Part shown: positions 1 to 14,909 of the stretch, in pieces | Numbering within the stretch: position 1 is the stretch's first letter | Layout: each line of letters starts with the position of its first letter | NCBI GenBank assembly: GCA_016748015.1 | Contig: JAAOMT010000514.1 | Span: forward strand, 113,866-177,865 | Direction of reading: 5' to 3' | Length of the DNA stretch: 64,000 nucleotides | Source of the DNA: Geosiphon pyriformis uo1 | Taxonomy: Eukaryota > Fungi > Glomeromycota | Notes under the pieces: generated by a model | What the model was told of the DNA's origin: nothing | The model's database searches: none | The model's input: only the letters and a program-made list of their open reading frames with translations | Translations under genes and position numbers: made by a program

Positions 1-849
1 ACCACAAAAAAAAGTATAATTATATTGGTTTAAATATAAACTACTATAAAAAAATACAATTTATATAGTTTAATTAAATATTTATTAGTTAGTATTATTT
101 ATATGCTTAATATAAATAAAACTATAATTATTAATTTTTGGTTTATATAATAAATATTTGTTTTTTTTGGCTTAAATAATAGTATTAATATTGTTATAAA
201 TATATAATATAGTCTTAATTAGTTTAAATAATTGGTTATATATAATAAAATATAAGTTATATCTTATTGTAAATACTTAATTTGTTTATATAAACTAAAT
301 AGTAATTAAACTATATTCTGTAAATATTTTAATAATAATAAAATTTAATTTGCCAAATTTTTAATTATTATGTATTTAATTTAAATTTTTTTCGAATTTT
401 TGTTTTTTAAACTACAGTCAAATTTTTATAAAAAAACACAATTAGAATATACAAATTATGTTTTATTTTAAAAATATTTTATTATAGAGTTTTATAATTG
501 TTATTTATTTTTTAGAATCTTCTTTTATTTTTTATATTTATATAATTTTTTTTAAGTAAATTTTGGTTTTCTATATATTAATATATTTTTTTGTCAATAA
601 TTTATCAATTATTACAGTATAATTTTCGAAATTTTGACCAATTGTTGTGTATTTAATAGTAAATTATTAAATATATTTATAGTAATTAATGTTTTAAATT
701 TTTGATTATAGAAAAAAAAATTATTTTTTGTTAATAGTTTTGAATTATAATAAATATTACTTAAAATCATAATTGAATAACATAATCAATTGTTTTTTTA
801 TGTTTAATTTATTTTTAAAAAATAAATTAATATTAAATAAAATTATATA

Positions 850-854
<5 letters not shown>

Positions 855-892
<38 letters not shown>
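855..892. repeat. (TAA)n microsatellite in AT-rich desert
   Basis: About 12 consecutive TAA units visible directly. Confidence 0.85.
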
Positions 893-894
<2 letters not shown>

Positions 895-1429
895 ATATAT
901 ATTATTATTTAACTGTTTAATATTAATTTTTTGTTCAAATTAATATAAAATATGTTAACAATATAAATATTTATATTTGTTTTTGAAAATTTTTATTAAT
1001 ATTAGCATTTATTAGTTAAAAATATAATATTATATTTAGAGAAAAATAATACAAAGCAATATTAATTAATTGAAATAAATATTTTTTAATTGAATATAAT
1101 AAGAAGTTAAATTATTAACCAAAAATAATATATAATAATTTTAAATTTGAAAGTCTTTATTATATATTTGAACTATGTTTTCTATATATCTAAGCATATT
1201 TATGTTTTGAAATTAAATTTGTAAATTACAAGTAAATTGAAATATTAATTTTTTTAAAGCATCTTAAATTTTTTGTATATCTAATTATTAAAGATTACAA
1301 TTTATAAAAGTTAGTTAAATTTGAAGTAAAAAAAATTATAATTCAAAATTTATTTTATAAAAAACCCAATTAATTTAATATAACAATAATATATAATATT
1401 TATATTTTTATTATTAAGATTTAATAAAC

Positions 1430-2951
1430 AAGACCCAACCACTATTTAAAAATTAGAAACAAATTAAGTATTCTAATACTAAATATAGTTCATGTACTTT
1501 CTACATGTAACCAGTTATTTGAGTCAGTTCAGACTATACTATGTTGATGCTCTAAAAAAAAACTTATTTAAAGAAGACATCCTCTAAACAATTTCAAATA
1601 ATGTAGCACTATTATTAACTAATCTAACTAACTATTCAGCTGTTTTAAAGACATCAGTTTTAACAGCAACAGATTCATGTTTCCAAAATGACATTAAATT
1701 AGAAAACATATAATTATTAATAGAAGACAAACCTATATAAAAGCCAGACATATTAACATTTTTATAGTTATATTTAGTTTTTAAAGCAATCATCTCATGT
1801 TTCAGCTTACTAACAGCTTTACTGAAAAAATTTATGTGTACTAAAACTTTATTGACTTTAAGACTAAGAGCACTACTTAAAACCAAGTCTTCATTAACAA
1901 ATTGTTCAAACACTTTTATCATAGAACCAACAGGCTTAACAATAAAATTAATCAAAGCAAAAAACTTGGCCAATTTCAATTTCAATTTTAAAAAAATCAA
2001 TCAAAAAAAACTATAAAATCATCAAATATTATATCAGCAAAAAAAACTAAATCAACTAAAAAACCAGAGACCAAAGAAGACACAAAAACAGCAGCTTTGA
2101 CATATAATCTGTTACCAACAACATGAGAGATGAATATCTTGAAAATTTTAAAAGAGAGAGATAAAAACACTTTATAATTCAAAGCTAGATAATCTGAATC
2201 TTAGCACTAAAAACAGCACTAATTTTTAGGAGTTTCCCATCAGATACAGCACTTTCTTAGTGTACTAGTTTTAAGTACTATAGCATTCAAATCAATTTGA
2301 AAACCAAATGTAACCAAAGCAAATCGGAAATAACAACCAGATTTAAGAAAATAAAAAATAAAACATGTTTGACCACCAACTTGAGAAATTATATTACTAA
2401 TTTCAAAAGCTGTACAGCCAAAGGAAAGATTGACCAACTTGGTCTTAAATTTATCATAAAACAGAATAGTCTTATTCTAATTTACCAAGAAGAAGATTTT
2501 AATATTATTTTTGCTCACCAAACTGACCAATGATTCAAAGTAGATATAGCAAAGTCTAACTTTTCAAAATAAACAACCACATATTGCCAAATACCAGCAG
2601 ACTTCAGCATAATATAAGTAATATTACCAAACACATCAAGAGTTGTCTTAATATTAGCAGCAAAACACTCAAAAGCATATTATGCAGCATAACAGCAGTA
2701 GAAAAGAAACCAGATTCAGAAACTACCAGAGACTTGACAATTTTGAGAAAGACTAAATAAACAAAACTTGTAAGCTCAACCAAAAAAGCAGCTTTCAAAG
2801 ACATTTGAAAAGCAAACTCCATACAAAAAAGCTTTACATTGATCTTTAATACTGATTTTACATTCAAAAAACCATGTATAAACTAAAAAACAGCCTTAAC
2901 ATAAGCCAATTTGATCTTGAAAGTAGTATCAAGTACCAGAATAGAGACCAC
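1430..2951 (-). mobile_element. Decayed LINE, downstream part of ORF1 / start of ORF2; interrupted by Gypsy A1
   Basis: Minus-strand T/G-rich coding-like remnants (ORFs 1632-2000, 2604-2867) with the same style as the LINE at 18.3-26 kb; continues on the far side of A1 at 12312. Confidence 0.65.
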
Positions 2952-3928
2952 TATTACTGGAGATTTTTGGTCTTTTTTTTGAATGTTGTTAATGTTGGTT
3001 TGCTGTAAATTTACGTTTTCAAGAAGTAGTTGAATCTCTAATAACTGAATTTATTTTCAAATTATCTCTTATAATTTGAACTGCTGAGCTTATAAGTGGA
3101 ATGGCCAATTCTATACCAGTTACTTTATGTAGTTATATTGTAGTAAATATTAACTTTTTTCCAAGAATTGCTTGTTTAAAAGCTTATTAAAATGTGTAGT
3201 TACTTTGTTATGAAAGTTAACTCTTTTACAAGAATATTGTCAGTAGACTATTTCTATAATTATAATAAGAAAAAAAATAAAAAATAAAATAAAAAATAAA
3301 AAAAATGTAAAAAAAATAAAATTCTGTCAAGAGAAACGTTTTTTATTCAGGCCTGAAATTATTAACAGATTACTGAAATTGGTAGCTAATCAATTTTAAA
3401 ACGTTAGTTGGGTTGAGGAAATTTCAAGTTTAATAATTTAAGAATTTGGTTTTTAAATATTTGATTTTTTATTTGATTTTGTAAAGATGTGTAAAAGATA
3501 ATTTGTTCTAATTAAGATATCTAAAAGTAAGATACTATAATAAGATATATTTTCTTGAAAAAAAAAGCTCTTCTTTTATACAATTTGTTGTAGTACTAGT
3601 CTTTGAACTTGCACTTTTTTTTTGCTACAATTTTGGCAAACTAAAGATATATTTTGACAAATTACAAGTTATTTCTCTGAATTATTAATTATTTCGGCCA
3701 ATTTTTATTAATTTCGGCAAATTTTGACTATGTTAAATGGTTTAAAGTATTATGTAATTTGATCATCTTAATTTCTATAGTACAAATTGGATTATTAATT
3801 AAATGATAATATTTGATAATTGATTAAATAATAATAATGATTAACATAATAATAATATATACTAATTAATAATAAGAATTATAAGAGTAATTTCATGCTA
3901 ATTAATAGCTAAAATTCTACTAGTAACA
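2952..3928 (-). repeat. 3' LTR of A1
   Basis: Begins tattactgg (mutated TGTTAC), ends tagtaaca; homologous to 11347-12311, 23352-24332 and, inverted, to 35634-36644. Confidence 0.9.
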
Positions 3929-4625
3929 TAATCTCTTTTTTAAGACTGAGCTCTGTTAAAGTCCAAGCACTATCTGTAATATTGAGATAGTAGTCCAAAA
4001 TAATTGAAATGATCTGGTCTGAAAATTGTTGAAATTTTAGTTTTGTAAGCTTTTCAATATACTGAATTTTTATTAGATGAAATATTAGATTTTTGAAGAC
4101 GTTTTCACAAGTATTGAATAGATCATAGAATCTAAAAACTGCTCTAAATTTGTAGCAAGTGTTTATTAGTCCAGCTGCTGTCTTGAATTCATTGTAAATC
4201 TGTTTGTATATAGCTTTAGAAATAATGTTTGTTGCTTCAAGTTCCAGTTTTTGTTCATAAAGTGTTTTTCCAATATAAAAATATCTATAGATAAGAGTAT
4301 ATTCATTGTTCTATTCATTGAGAAATAGTAAAAGTTTTTGTTAGATTAAGGTATTTGGTAAAATATTAATAGGGGCAATTAAGAGATTTTTTTAAAGCTT
4401 GCTTTAAAAGTTTTGGTAATTGATTTCTAGTGTAACTTCTTATGTTTTTTCTATAAAGGTGATAATTTTGAGAATTTTTTACTACTAAAGCTGTGTTTTT
4501 TTTCTGAATGTAATTAATTTAACTTCTATTAATTGTTATGGATAAGTCAGGAAGTGTTTTTAAAGCTAACATTAATTTTTGAGATATTTGTTAAATATTT
4601 TAAAGAATAATTATAATAAAATGAC
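3929..4625 (-). pseudogene. ORF3 (extra 3' ORF) of A1, degraded
   Basis: Reverse complement homolog of 43893-44592. Confidence 0.7.
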
Positions 4626-4899
4626 TAACTAATAAAAAGAATAAAGAAAATTATTTTTGGATATAAAGTTTTTATTTGTTTTTGGATTTGAGTGTTTTTT
4701 GTAATTATTTATTATTTTTGTTTTATGTTTTTGTGTATTTTTGAAGAGATTATTGTGAAAAATATTAAATTAAGTGTTTAAGTTTGGTTGTTGTTTTATT
4801 ATAACTATTGGTTTTAAATTTCGAAGAATATCTTCAGGATTAATTAAAGAGGAATGTGTACTAATTTGTAGAATTAATGGTTTAGAATTGTTTCTGAAA

Positions 4900-7800
4900 T
4901 AATAGTGTTATAATTAATTCTCATGTAAAACTTTTGCTAGCACTTTGTCATTAAGTCTTAACTTGTATGATCTATTGTCTAAGATTTTATGAATATAAAA
5001 TAGTCTATTCTATTTATGTTCAAATTTTCTACTTCATTGTTTTTTAGCCTTAGTTCTGTATAGAAGAACTTTATTTTCTACTTTAAATTTGTTGATACTT
5101 AGTGGTAATTTGTTGTCATGTCTTTTTTTTTGTTAAGTTTGTAAATGTTCAATATGAGTGGCTGCTATTTATTTATTTTCTTTTAATGTATTAAGAAAAA
5201 TGTAGGCTCTTTTTTAAAGTGTTTCTTGAAAGTTTTTTTTATTGATTGGTTGTACTAAATATGTTTTTACTATAAAATTAATTGGTAATATTGTTGTCTT
5301 TTCATAATTAAGATCAAATAGTATGTGTTTCATAGTATTTTGTTTTAGTGTTCTGTATACTAGTAACACTAATAGAATAAAGATATTTCATTTTTAGTTA
5401 AAATCAGTTAAGACTTTGGCTAAAAATTTACACAATATTCTGTTGAAATATTCTATAAGTCTATTTGTTTAGGGGTAATAAGGTAATGATAAAGATCTTT
5501 TGACATTGAATCATTCACAAATTTTCTGTATTAAGTTGTTTACAAAATATGTTCCTTAATTAGATAAAAGTTTAATTGGACATTCATGTTTACAAATAAT
5601 GTCTTTATAGATAAAATTTGCTATTAATTTTGTATCTGCTTTTTGGATGGCTCTAGTTTTAAGCCATTTAATAAAATAATCTATTGCAACTGCAATATAA
5701 TAATTTTCTTGGGTTGTGATAGATAATGGTTCAATTAAATCAATTCCAATTCTGTTAAAAAGTTGTTCAACTTTGATTGGATTTAAAGGTTCTGTGGGAC
5801 AAGTTTCTTTTCTTTTTTAACAACTATTATAAGATTCTACATATTGTCAAATGTTTTTTTACATGTGGGGCCAAAAATAATGTTCAAGAGTTTTTTGAAT
5901 TGTTCCATTTCTTCTTAGGTATGTTGAAGATAAATTTGTGTACATGTTGTATAAGATTGTTTTTTTTTCATTCTTTTGTATTAATCTGAGTAATTTGTTT
6001 GGATTTCTGCAATTTTTATAATAGATTTTGTTATAATAAATAAAGTATTGTTTTGCTTAATGTTGTAGTCGATGTTTTTTACTTGGAAACCAATTTTTTG
6101 ACATGGCAAAAGTTTCCAAATTGTTTTTGATATTGTTGTAATTTCTAAGATCTATTGTTGTTTGGTTATTTTTTTTGATAGATTGGTAAGTTGTGGTGAT
6201 GTTATTATTGGTATTAATCTTGTCTTATTCTTAAAAAATTATCAACATTGGTGTATAGTTTTTTTAATTTGTGATGTACAATATATTTGTAGTCTACTAG
6301 GAAATTATTTTATAGAAACTGTTTAATACTTTATTTAATTTTTTTTTATTGAATCATTTGAGACCAATATTGTTAGTTATGATGTCAAATTTTTTTCTAT
6401 TTTTTAGGTATTGTTGAAAGTGTTTAAGAGCCTAAATAACTGTAGCAGCTTCTAATTCAATTAAGCCATATTTGAGTACTGTTGATTTAAGTGTTTTATT
6501 GACATAGGCAATGATTTGCTCCTGACTATTTTCATCCAATTATAATAGGATGGCACCAAATACTATATGTAAAGCATTAGTGACTAGTTAAAACTGTTTG
6601 TTGAAGTTTGAGTATGTAAGAACTGGAGCTGTTGTTAATTTTGTTTTAAGAGTTTCAAAGGCTTTCTGTTGTTCTTCAGTCTATTAATATAGTACATTTT
6701 TGTTGGTGAAATAATTGAATGATTTGGCAATTTTTGAAAATTTTTTTATAAATTTCCAATAGTAAGAGACTAATCCTACAAATTTTCATAGTTTTGTGGT
6801 ATTTTTGAAGGTTTTAAAGTTTTTAACAGCACTAATTGTTTCTGGATTTGGTTTGACTTTATCTTTGCTAACAATATGTCTAAGAAAAATTAAACTTGTT
6901 TTTTCAAAGTAACATTTCTCAATGTTTAACTTTAATCTTGCTTTCTGTAATTGTTAAAAAACTTCTCGCAGATAGATAAAATGAGCTTCAAAGCTTGGTG
7001 AATATACATTAGTGTTATTAAGATAGACAACTACTAATTGTCATAAAAGTCTTTTATATACAACATTTATAAGTTGCTGAAAAATTGCTGGTGTATTACA
7101 AAGTCTAAAAGACATAACATTAAATTTATAGTTTTTTTTTGGATGGTAAATACTGTTTTAGAGTGATTTTTTGGGTCTATTTTGACTTGTTAGTATCTAC
7201 TTTCCAAGTTTAAAGTTGAAAAAAACTTGGCTTTTTCTAGAGTATTTAGCATGTTATTAATTCTTGAAAAAGGGTAGATATCTTCAATTGTTATGCTGTT
7301 AAGCTAACAATAATCTACACAGAATCTAATTTTTTCATTTTTTTTTAACAAAAACCACTAATAAGACCCAAAAACTTCTTGATAGTTGAATTAATTTATT
7401 ATTGAGCATTTTCTAGACTTTTTTTTTGATGAATTGGTGGCTGGCAAGTGGTACTTAATAAACTTATTAATGTTTTGGTAAAGCATCTCCTATGTGGATC
7501 TAATGTTAGACAATATTAGTTTTTCCAAGATTATTGTTGTTTTTTGCAAATATATCAGCAATTTAACTATTAACTTTTTTAATTGTCTTTGTTATTAAAG
7601 TTTTAAGAGACTTATGTTGATTTAAGATTGTTTTTTTTCAAAAGATAGTAGTTTTTAATAGTAGCAATGATATTTAGATTTGAAAATAGTATATGTCTTA
7701 CAATTTCAATGAAATTGTTAACAATCTGAGAGTTTTCATCTTGAAAAATATTGCTATATATAATCCTAATTTCTAATTTATTTAATAAAACAATAGAATA

Positions 7801-10800
7801 ATTATTGAAGTTGTAGAAAGTAACTTGAAATTTTTTCATTTTTTTTGGTATGTAAACATTTAGGATTAAGACTTTATGTTTTGAACAAATTTGTTTATTG
7901 GATTTAAAAATTTGTTAAGTAGTAGTAGATTTTGAGCAAATGTAGATTTTGTGATGTTTTCCAAAAGGTGAAATAGTAATTGGTTAAAGAAGTTAAAGAA
8001 TCTGGTGAGATTCACTTTGTGCATTGAGAGCTATGTTTACTGGAACTGTAAATCATCCAGTTAAACCAAAATCTTGAGTTCTTTTTTCATTATTTCTTAA
8101 TTGTTCTCTGTTGTTAACTGATTGTAAATCTGAAATGTTAATTAAGGGTAGATAAATTGCTTGAACAATTTTTTCAACATGTTTAATTCTGAATGGTTTG
8201 TCTGTTTTATTCTGTAACATAATGATAATGTTTCCAGTATACCCTGCATTTATGACTCCTCTTTTGACATTAATTCTTTTGCTTGCCAATGATAATTGGG
8301 AAGCAATTTGTACTATTGCTTTTGGTAATATTTTAAGAGCAATTCTAAAGTTGATTTTGGTTAAAGATTTTGGTTGAAAAACCAAAATAATTTTGCCAAG
8401 ATATCTTAGGTTATATTTTGCATCGATTTCATGGGCTTTTTTTGGTTTTATTCCTTGTTCATTGCTGTTAAAGTATTTAAATTATATAGCAGGCTGATTT
8501 TTAGTAAAATAGATTAGAGTTGTTGTAATTTTTTCTTCTGTTTTAGATTCTCCAAACTCAATTTTCTCCTGGTCATCTTTGTTGAGTAAGGGAATACTAA
8601 AAACATAGTATTTTGAACACCATTTGTCATTACAAGGCATGATGTATTCTTCACACAATTTAATATTTATTTGCTTTAATTGTTGAATTTAAGCTTCTTG
8701 GATTGAATAAGTGTAGTTTGCAATTTGGTGGTATGTTTCAACTTTATCTTCATAGTTAAATCCAGCTAATTTTATTATATACTCAATATATTTAGCTTTT
8801 TTTATTTGGCAAACATTCTCTTATATGGCTCTATTAATTAAAGTTATTGCTAATTCAAAGATTATTTTAGCATTATAAGAATAATAGTAGAGTTTGTTTA
8901 AAGCATTGTTGTATGTTGTATTAAAGGGTGTTTCTCTTCTGACTTTTTCCGAAATTAATAGAGCATATTGGCAGGTTTGATCAGATATTCCTCTTTTTAT
9001 TAAAACATTAATTCAGTTGTATTCTTTTGGTAACATATTTCTACATATAAAACAAAGAGTGTTGTCTCATTTTCTATTTCGTTTGGAGTATTCAAATCGT
9101 TCTTTATGATATGCTTTATAGTAGTAACAGATGTGAGTTTCATATTCCTCTTCTGAAAAAATACATGCTCCCATTAATAAAAGTTTCTTGTTGCAATTTT
9201 TGCATTTAAATAGAATATAAGATGGTTGTTTCTGTGGTTTTAGTGTAGAATATCTAACTATATTCCATCTTTTGGTCTTTTTAAAGATTTTTTGTTTTGT
9301 TTTTTCAACCCAATTGGATAGTAATCCAAGAGCCATAAAGATTTCAGTTATTGGTAGTTCTTTCTTCTCTTTAAATTTGAATATTAAGGCTTTTTCAGAT
9401 TTTTTATTAAAAATATTACAGATAACAAGTACTTTGGTATATTGTTCTTGGTATAAAATTTTCAATTCTTGGGTTTCTCAATTTAAATTTGCATTGGTCT
9501 TGAGAAGCCAATTATTTCTAACAAGAGCTTGGTATTGAAATGCATCTATAATTAAAACTTTGACTGAAATGGTAATTCTATTAATGGTAAATGGGAAGAT
9601 GTCTATCTCTCTTATTGATATTTTTTTTATATCATTAGTTATAACAATTACAATTTAAGCTGGTCTGTCAATAGTTCATTGAAGTTGTTGTATTAGTTGA
9701 TAGGTAATAATACTTTTAGCTGATCCACTGTTTAGAATTAATTAAATAAATTTGCTTTCCACTTCAGCTTTTGTATATATAGCAGTAATTGCTTTTTGTT
9801 TATTAATTGTTGTATTGCTAAGTAAGAATGGTAATTTATTTGCTTCAAATTCAAATGAAAATATATCTGAAAGATTGGCATTTTGGACAATTTGAGCTGG
9901 TGGAATAGTATTGTTGAAAATATTTGTTTTTAGTGTTGTAACTTTATCTTCAAAAAGTACAGTTTGTTAAAAATCTTGTTTTTTGGGCATTGTAAAATAA
10001 CTGAGTTGAGTGTGGTAATGATTGGGTTTTTGCTAACTAGAATTTTGGAGAACCAACTAGTTGTTTGGGTTGATTTTGTTGTTATTATTCTGAAATCAAT
10101 TTTGAGGTGTGAAATGGTTTTGGTGAACCAATCTTCAAGTATATATTTGATATTATTGAGTAGATGATGCTTGATATTGCTAAATTGGTAAAGATTGCTG
10201 ATATTGTTGCTAGATTGGTTGTAGAGTGGATTGATAATAATTGTTTTGATTTTGTGGTCTTGGTGAGTAATAAGTTGGTAGTGAAGATTGATAATAAGAT
10301 TGTTGTGGTAAAGAGTAATGTTAATTACTTTTGTTTTGTTGGTTTTGTTGTAATTTTCTGCAGTCTTATTTCCAATGTCCTGAAATTTCACAATAATAAC
10401 AGCTTTGGAGTTAGTTGTTAAATAATAAGAAGTAGTTATTTTAATTGCATCATTGAAGTGACTAATATTTTTATGGTTGTTGTTGATTCGTGAGATAGTT
10501 CTCAATTTTTTTTGTAAGTTGGTCAATTTTTTTCAGCTGCTTAGCTGGTTTCTCCAATAGCAAGATTTACAAGTTTGGTATGGTTTGCTTCTTCTATTGC
10601 TATTTCATAGTTTTTTGTATGTTATATTGCTATAGCTAAGTCTTCTGGTGCATGAATGCAAACTTTCTTGATTAATTTGTCTTTTAATCTTGCTATAAAC
10701 TGATCCAAAATTTGAGATTGGAATAATATTCATTGGTTTCTAATTGTCAAATTTGTCAAAAAAGTTTGTTAAATTTCCCAAGATAAGTTATAACAGATTC

Positions 10801-11300
10801 AGATGGTTTTTGTTTGATATTGTGAAAGCAATTTCGAAGAGTGATAGAGATATTGTGTCAGTGAATTGTTGTAAAAAAGCATCTTTGAATACTTGCCAAT
10901 TATTAAATAATTCATCTAAGTTTTCAAACCATTTTTCTGCTGTTCTTTAGAGAAAATATGGAATAGCTTTAAGCATTTTTGCTGTATTTTATCTATTTGC
11001 ATCTTCTGTTTTTGGATTTTGTCAAATCATTCTTGTGAACTGGTATCATTATTTTTACCAGTGAATTTAAGAATCTTTGTAATATAAGCAGTTGCTATTT
11101 CTTCTTTATTTTCAGTAGTTTCTTTTTGTTTTGATTTAGTTTTTTTACTTTCTAAGTTTTTTGAATAATAATTTTGATTTTCTTTCAAGTAATTAAAAAG
11201 ATTGGTGCTGGTTGATATTGGTTTCTGCTATTGAGTAAAACTTTTAGGTAACTGAAAATTCTCTAGTCTTGAAAAGTTGTTATGTCTAGTGTAGTTGCCA
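4900..11300 (-). pseudogene. gag-pol of A1 (gag, protease, Cys-rich domain, dUTPase, RT, RNase H, integrase), many stops
   Basis: ORF 8053-8385 has dUTPase motifs (GVINAGYTG, KIVQAI, RTQDFGLTG); ORF 9067-9465 has CKNC; colinear with A2 pol. Confidence 0.88.
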
Positions 11301-11328
11301 CTTTGAAATTGTTATTGTTGTGTTATTT

Positions 11329-11344
11329 TTGTGGGAAAACACCA
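11329..11344 (-). other. Primer binding site of A1
   Basis: Minus strand TGGTGTTTTCCCAC, 2 nt after the LTR; mutated version of the A2 PBS. Confidence 0.75.
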
Positions 11345-11346
11345 AA

Positions 11347-12311
11347 TGTTACTGGAGGTTTTTGGTTTCTTTTTTTGAATGTTGTTAATGTTGATTTGCT
11401 GTGAATTTACGTTTTCAAGAAGTAGTTAAACCTTCAATAACTGAATTTATTTTCAAATTATCTCCTATAATTTGAATTGCTGAGCTTATAAGTAGAATGA
11501 CCAATTCTGTGCCAGTTACTTTATGTAGTTATGTTGTAGTAAACATCAACTCTTTTTTAGGAATTTTTTATCTGAAAGCTTACTAAAATGTGTAGTTACT
11601 TTGCTGTGAAAGTTAACTCTTCTATAAGAATCTTGTTTGTAAACTATCTCTATAATTATAATAAGAAAAAAATAAATAAATAAAAGAATATAAAAGAAAT
11701 AAAATTCTGTTAAGAGAAACGTTTTCTATCCAGATCTGAAGTCACTAACAGATTACTGAAATTGGTAGCTAATCAATTTCAAAATGTTAGTTGGGTTGAG
11801 GGAATTTCAAGTATAATAATTAAAAAATTTGATTTTCAAATATTTGATTTTTTATTTGATTTTATAAAGGTGTGTAAAAGATGATTTGTTCTAATTAAGA
11901 TATCTAAAAGTAAGATACTATGATAAGATATATTTCTTGAAGAGAGAAGCTTTTTTGTTATACAACTTGTTATAGTACTAGTTTTTAAACTGGTACTTTT
12001 TTCTTTGTTATAATTTTGGTAAACTAAAAATATATTTTGGCAAATTACAAGTTATTTTTCTGAACTATTGATTATTTCGGCCAATTTTCATTAATTTCGA
12101 CGAATTTTGACTATGTTAAATGATTCAAGATATTGTGTAATTTAATTATCTTAATTTCTATAGTACAAATTAGATTATTAATTAAATAATGATATTTAAT
12201 AATTGATTAAATAATAATGATAATTGACATAATAATAATATATACTAATTAATAATAGGAATTATAAGAGTAATTTTATGCTAATTAATAGCTAAAATTT
12301 TACTGGTAATA
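11347..12311 (-). repeat. 5' LTR of A1
   Basis: tgttactggagg...tactggtaata; direct repeat of 2952-3928. Confidence 0.9.
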
Positions 12312-13060
12312 TTACTTACTTAGTAAACTTTTAATGACTAATAATAGTTTTCTAAGCACTACCAGTAGCAGCATCAGAAACCAAAAGAAGAGATAATTCA
12401 GTTTTTATTTGGTTAGCCCAGTTTTCAAAAACAGATGACACCATAAAAAAAGATTGTTTTGCTTCCAAAACTGGTAATAATCTGCCAAAAAATAACACAT
12501 TTGGCAACACAGCCAGTAATTGATCTTGGCTTATCTTGGATAATATGTTGGATAATACTATGAAGATTTTATCTAAGATTTTATTGGGAATTACAAAGAA
12601 ATTTGGTATAACAATAGCAAAAACAAGTGACTACTCCCACTTTTCTAAACTTTTGGTTTTTTTGACCATTTTTTTTGAAAAGATGGTACTAACAGCACCA
12701 GATGTTAAAACTATAGAAGAAAAAACCAGCTTGTTTACTGTTTTATTATTAAAAACTTTTGGGCTCTTAGTTGAAGTAGAAGTAAAACTGGAACTAATCT
12801 AAATATGTCTTTTTGAGAAAACTTTGACTGGTAAAAAACCAGCCAAAGATAAGAAAGTTGCTTTAGTAATTACCAAAAACAGTTTTTCACGATTATTAGG
12901 TAAAAAAAAGACTTCTAAAACATTCTGCCTGGTTGTTTCTATAACAAAAAGAGCTCCCCTAGTAGAAATTTTGTTAGATATTTTAGGAAAGATATTTGGT
13001 GCAGTTTTTTTATTCTTTGCTCTGGTTATGGTTATAAAATTAAAGAAACAAAGAGTTTTT
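12312..13060 (-). mobile_element. 5' part (ORF1 N-terminus) of the LINE interrupted by A1
   Basis: Minus-strand Ser/Lys-rich frame starting near 13029 (ATA-ACC-AGA-GCA-AAG, probably a mutated ATG); same strand and style as 1430-2951. Confidence 0.6.
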
Positions 13061-14909
13061 AATATATAATAATAATAATTAGTAAATATAAAATACTAAT
13101 TTTTTTTTGGTATTTTAATATTTTGCAAATATTTAATTTGGTTTTATATAAAAAAATAATTCTTTATTAATATTATATATATTAGCAAGATTAAATTTAG
13201 ATATAATGATTTTTAATTTTTTTTATTTATCTGATAAATTTCAGTTAATATACTTTTTGTTTTATTGTAAAATTAGTAAATATATAACTGTTTTCATTTT
13301 TTGAATTTTTGAACTTATTTATTTAAAAATTTTATTTTATTTTTGTGTATACTAAAAAGTTTAACAAAATTTTTTTTTAATTAGTTAATCATTGAATTTG
13401 ATAGTAGTTACAATTATTTATTCTATTTAATAACTTAAAATTTAGTCTAATAATAGAAATTTAATGCTTTTGTGTTAAATAAATTTTTTTGAAATTATAT
13501 TAATTTTAATATTTAATTACTTTATATGTTTTTTAATTATTTTGAAAACAGTTAGATAAGAAATATAAAGTTTTGAATATTTATAATTAAAATAAACTAT
13601 AATATTATTATGTTTTATATTATAGTAATTTTTATAATATTGACAATTTTTTTTATAAAAAACATTATTAACTACTATTTTTTTTTGTTTTTTAAATAAA
13701 AATTCTAATATTATAATAATTTAGCAAGTCTGTTAGAAAATATGTTTAAAATAATAATATTAAATTTTGTTTTAGTAAGTTTAAATTAAAATATAATAAG
13801 AACTAAATAGCTATATATAAAAACAGACAAAATTAAAAAAAGTAAATCTAATAAAAAATAATTTTTAAAAAAATTAAGATAAAATTAATTTAATATATTC
13901 TAATTTTTTTTAAATTATTAATTAACATTTAGTATATAATATTTGTTCTTATATAAAAGTAAATTTTAAATAAATATTTAATAAAATTATGTTTTTGTTA
14001 CTTTATAAATTGTTTTTATATAAAAAAAAATTGTTAATTAATCAATTGGTTCTATAAAAAAATGTTTTTTATAAGAAATTATTTTTATATCAAAAGTTTT
14101 TTTATGGAGATCTAACTGTATTTAAATTAAAACTGGTTTTTTTAATATAATATTTTATTATGTCTTTAATATTAATTTTAGTTTTATTAATTTTATTAGT
14201 TTTATTTTTTATTTTTTATTTTATTTTAAAATCAAAATATCTTATTTTAAGCTTATTTTGATTTATTAAATTTTTTTTTATTAAATATATTTTTATTAAA
14301 ACTGTTTATTGTTATCAATTTTTAAAAAAAAGTTGCTAAACAAAATAATATGTATACAAAAAAAATAGCAATTTATACTTTTAATAATTGTATTAAAAAA
14401 TTTTTGTCAAATTTAAAATAAAAATAAACTAATTAATTTTTTACGAGTTATTAATTATAATATAATTTCAAAAAAAATTTGCTTTGTTGATTAATATTTT
14501 TAAGCAAAAAATATTTACTTTAAGAGTAAATTTAATAAATTATTGAATATTATGATAAACTTTATTAAATAAAATTTCAAAATAGTATTATTATGTAAAA
14601 AATGATTATTAAAAATTTTGAGAATTTTGATTTAGCTAAAACCAATAACTAGAACTAATATATTAAGAATGTTAAGCTGATGTAAATCCAATAACACATT
14701 ATTCAAAGTTCCGAACCATCAGAATCTTTGATGTGGAACAATTAATATACTCCTTAAAAAAAATTCATCTCATTTGCTGTGTGTAATTTTTTTATCAATA
14801 TTCAAGGTTAGTTTGCAATTAGAAGTCATCATTACAATATAATCTCCGCAAATGATTAATGCTCAAATTGTTCCTTCCGAAAGATTATTAGGCCCATTTG
14901 AATTTATGC

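Larger units (their letters stand above)
2952..12311 (-). mobile_element. Ty3/Gypsy LTR retrotransposon family A, copy A1 (near complete, heavily mutated)
   Basis: Two direct LTRs (2952-3928, 11347-12311), PBS next to the right LTR, PPT next to the left LTR. Internal region is the reverse complement homolog of 36645-44592. Flanks ccac/ttac are compatible with a mutated 4-bp TSD. Confidence 0.93.
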
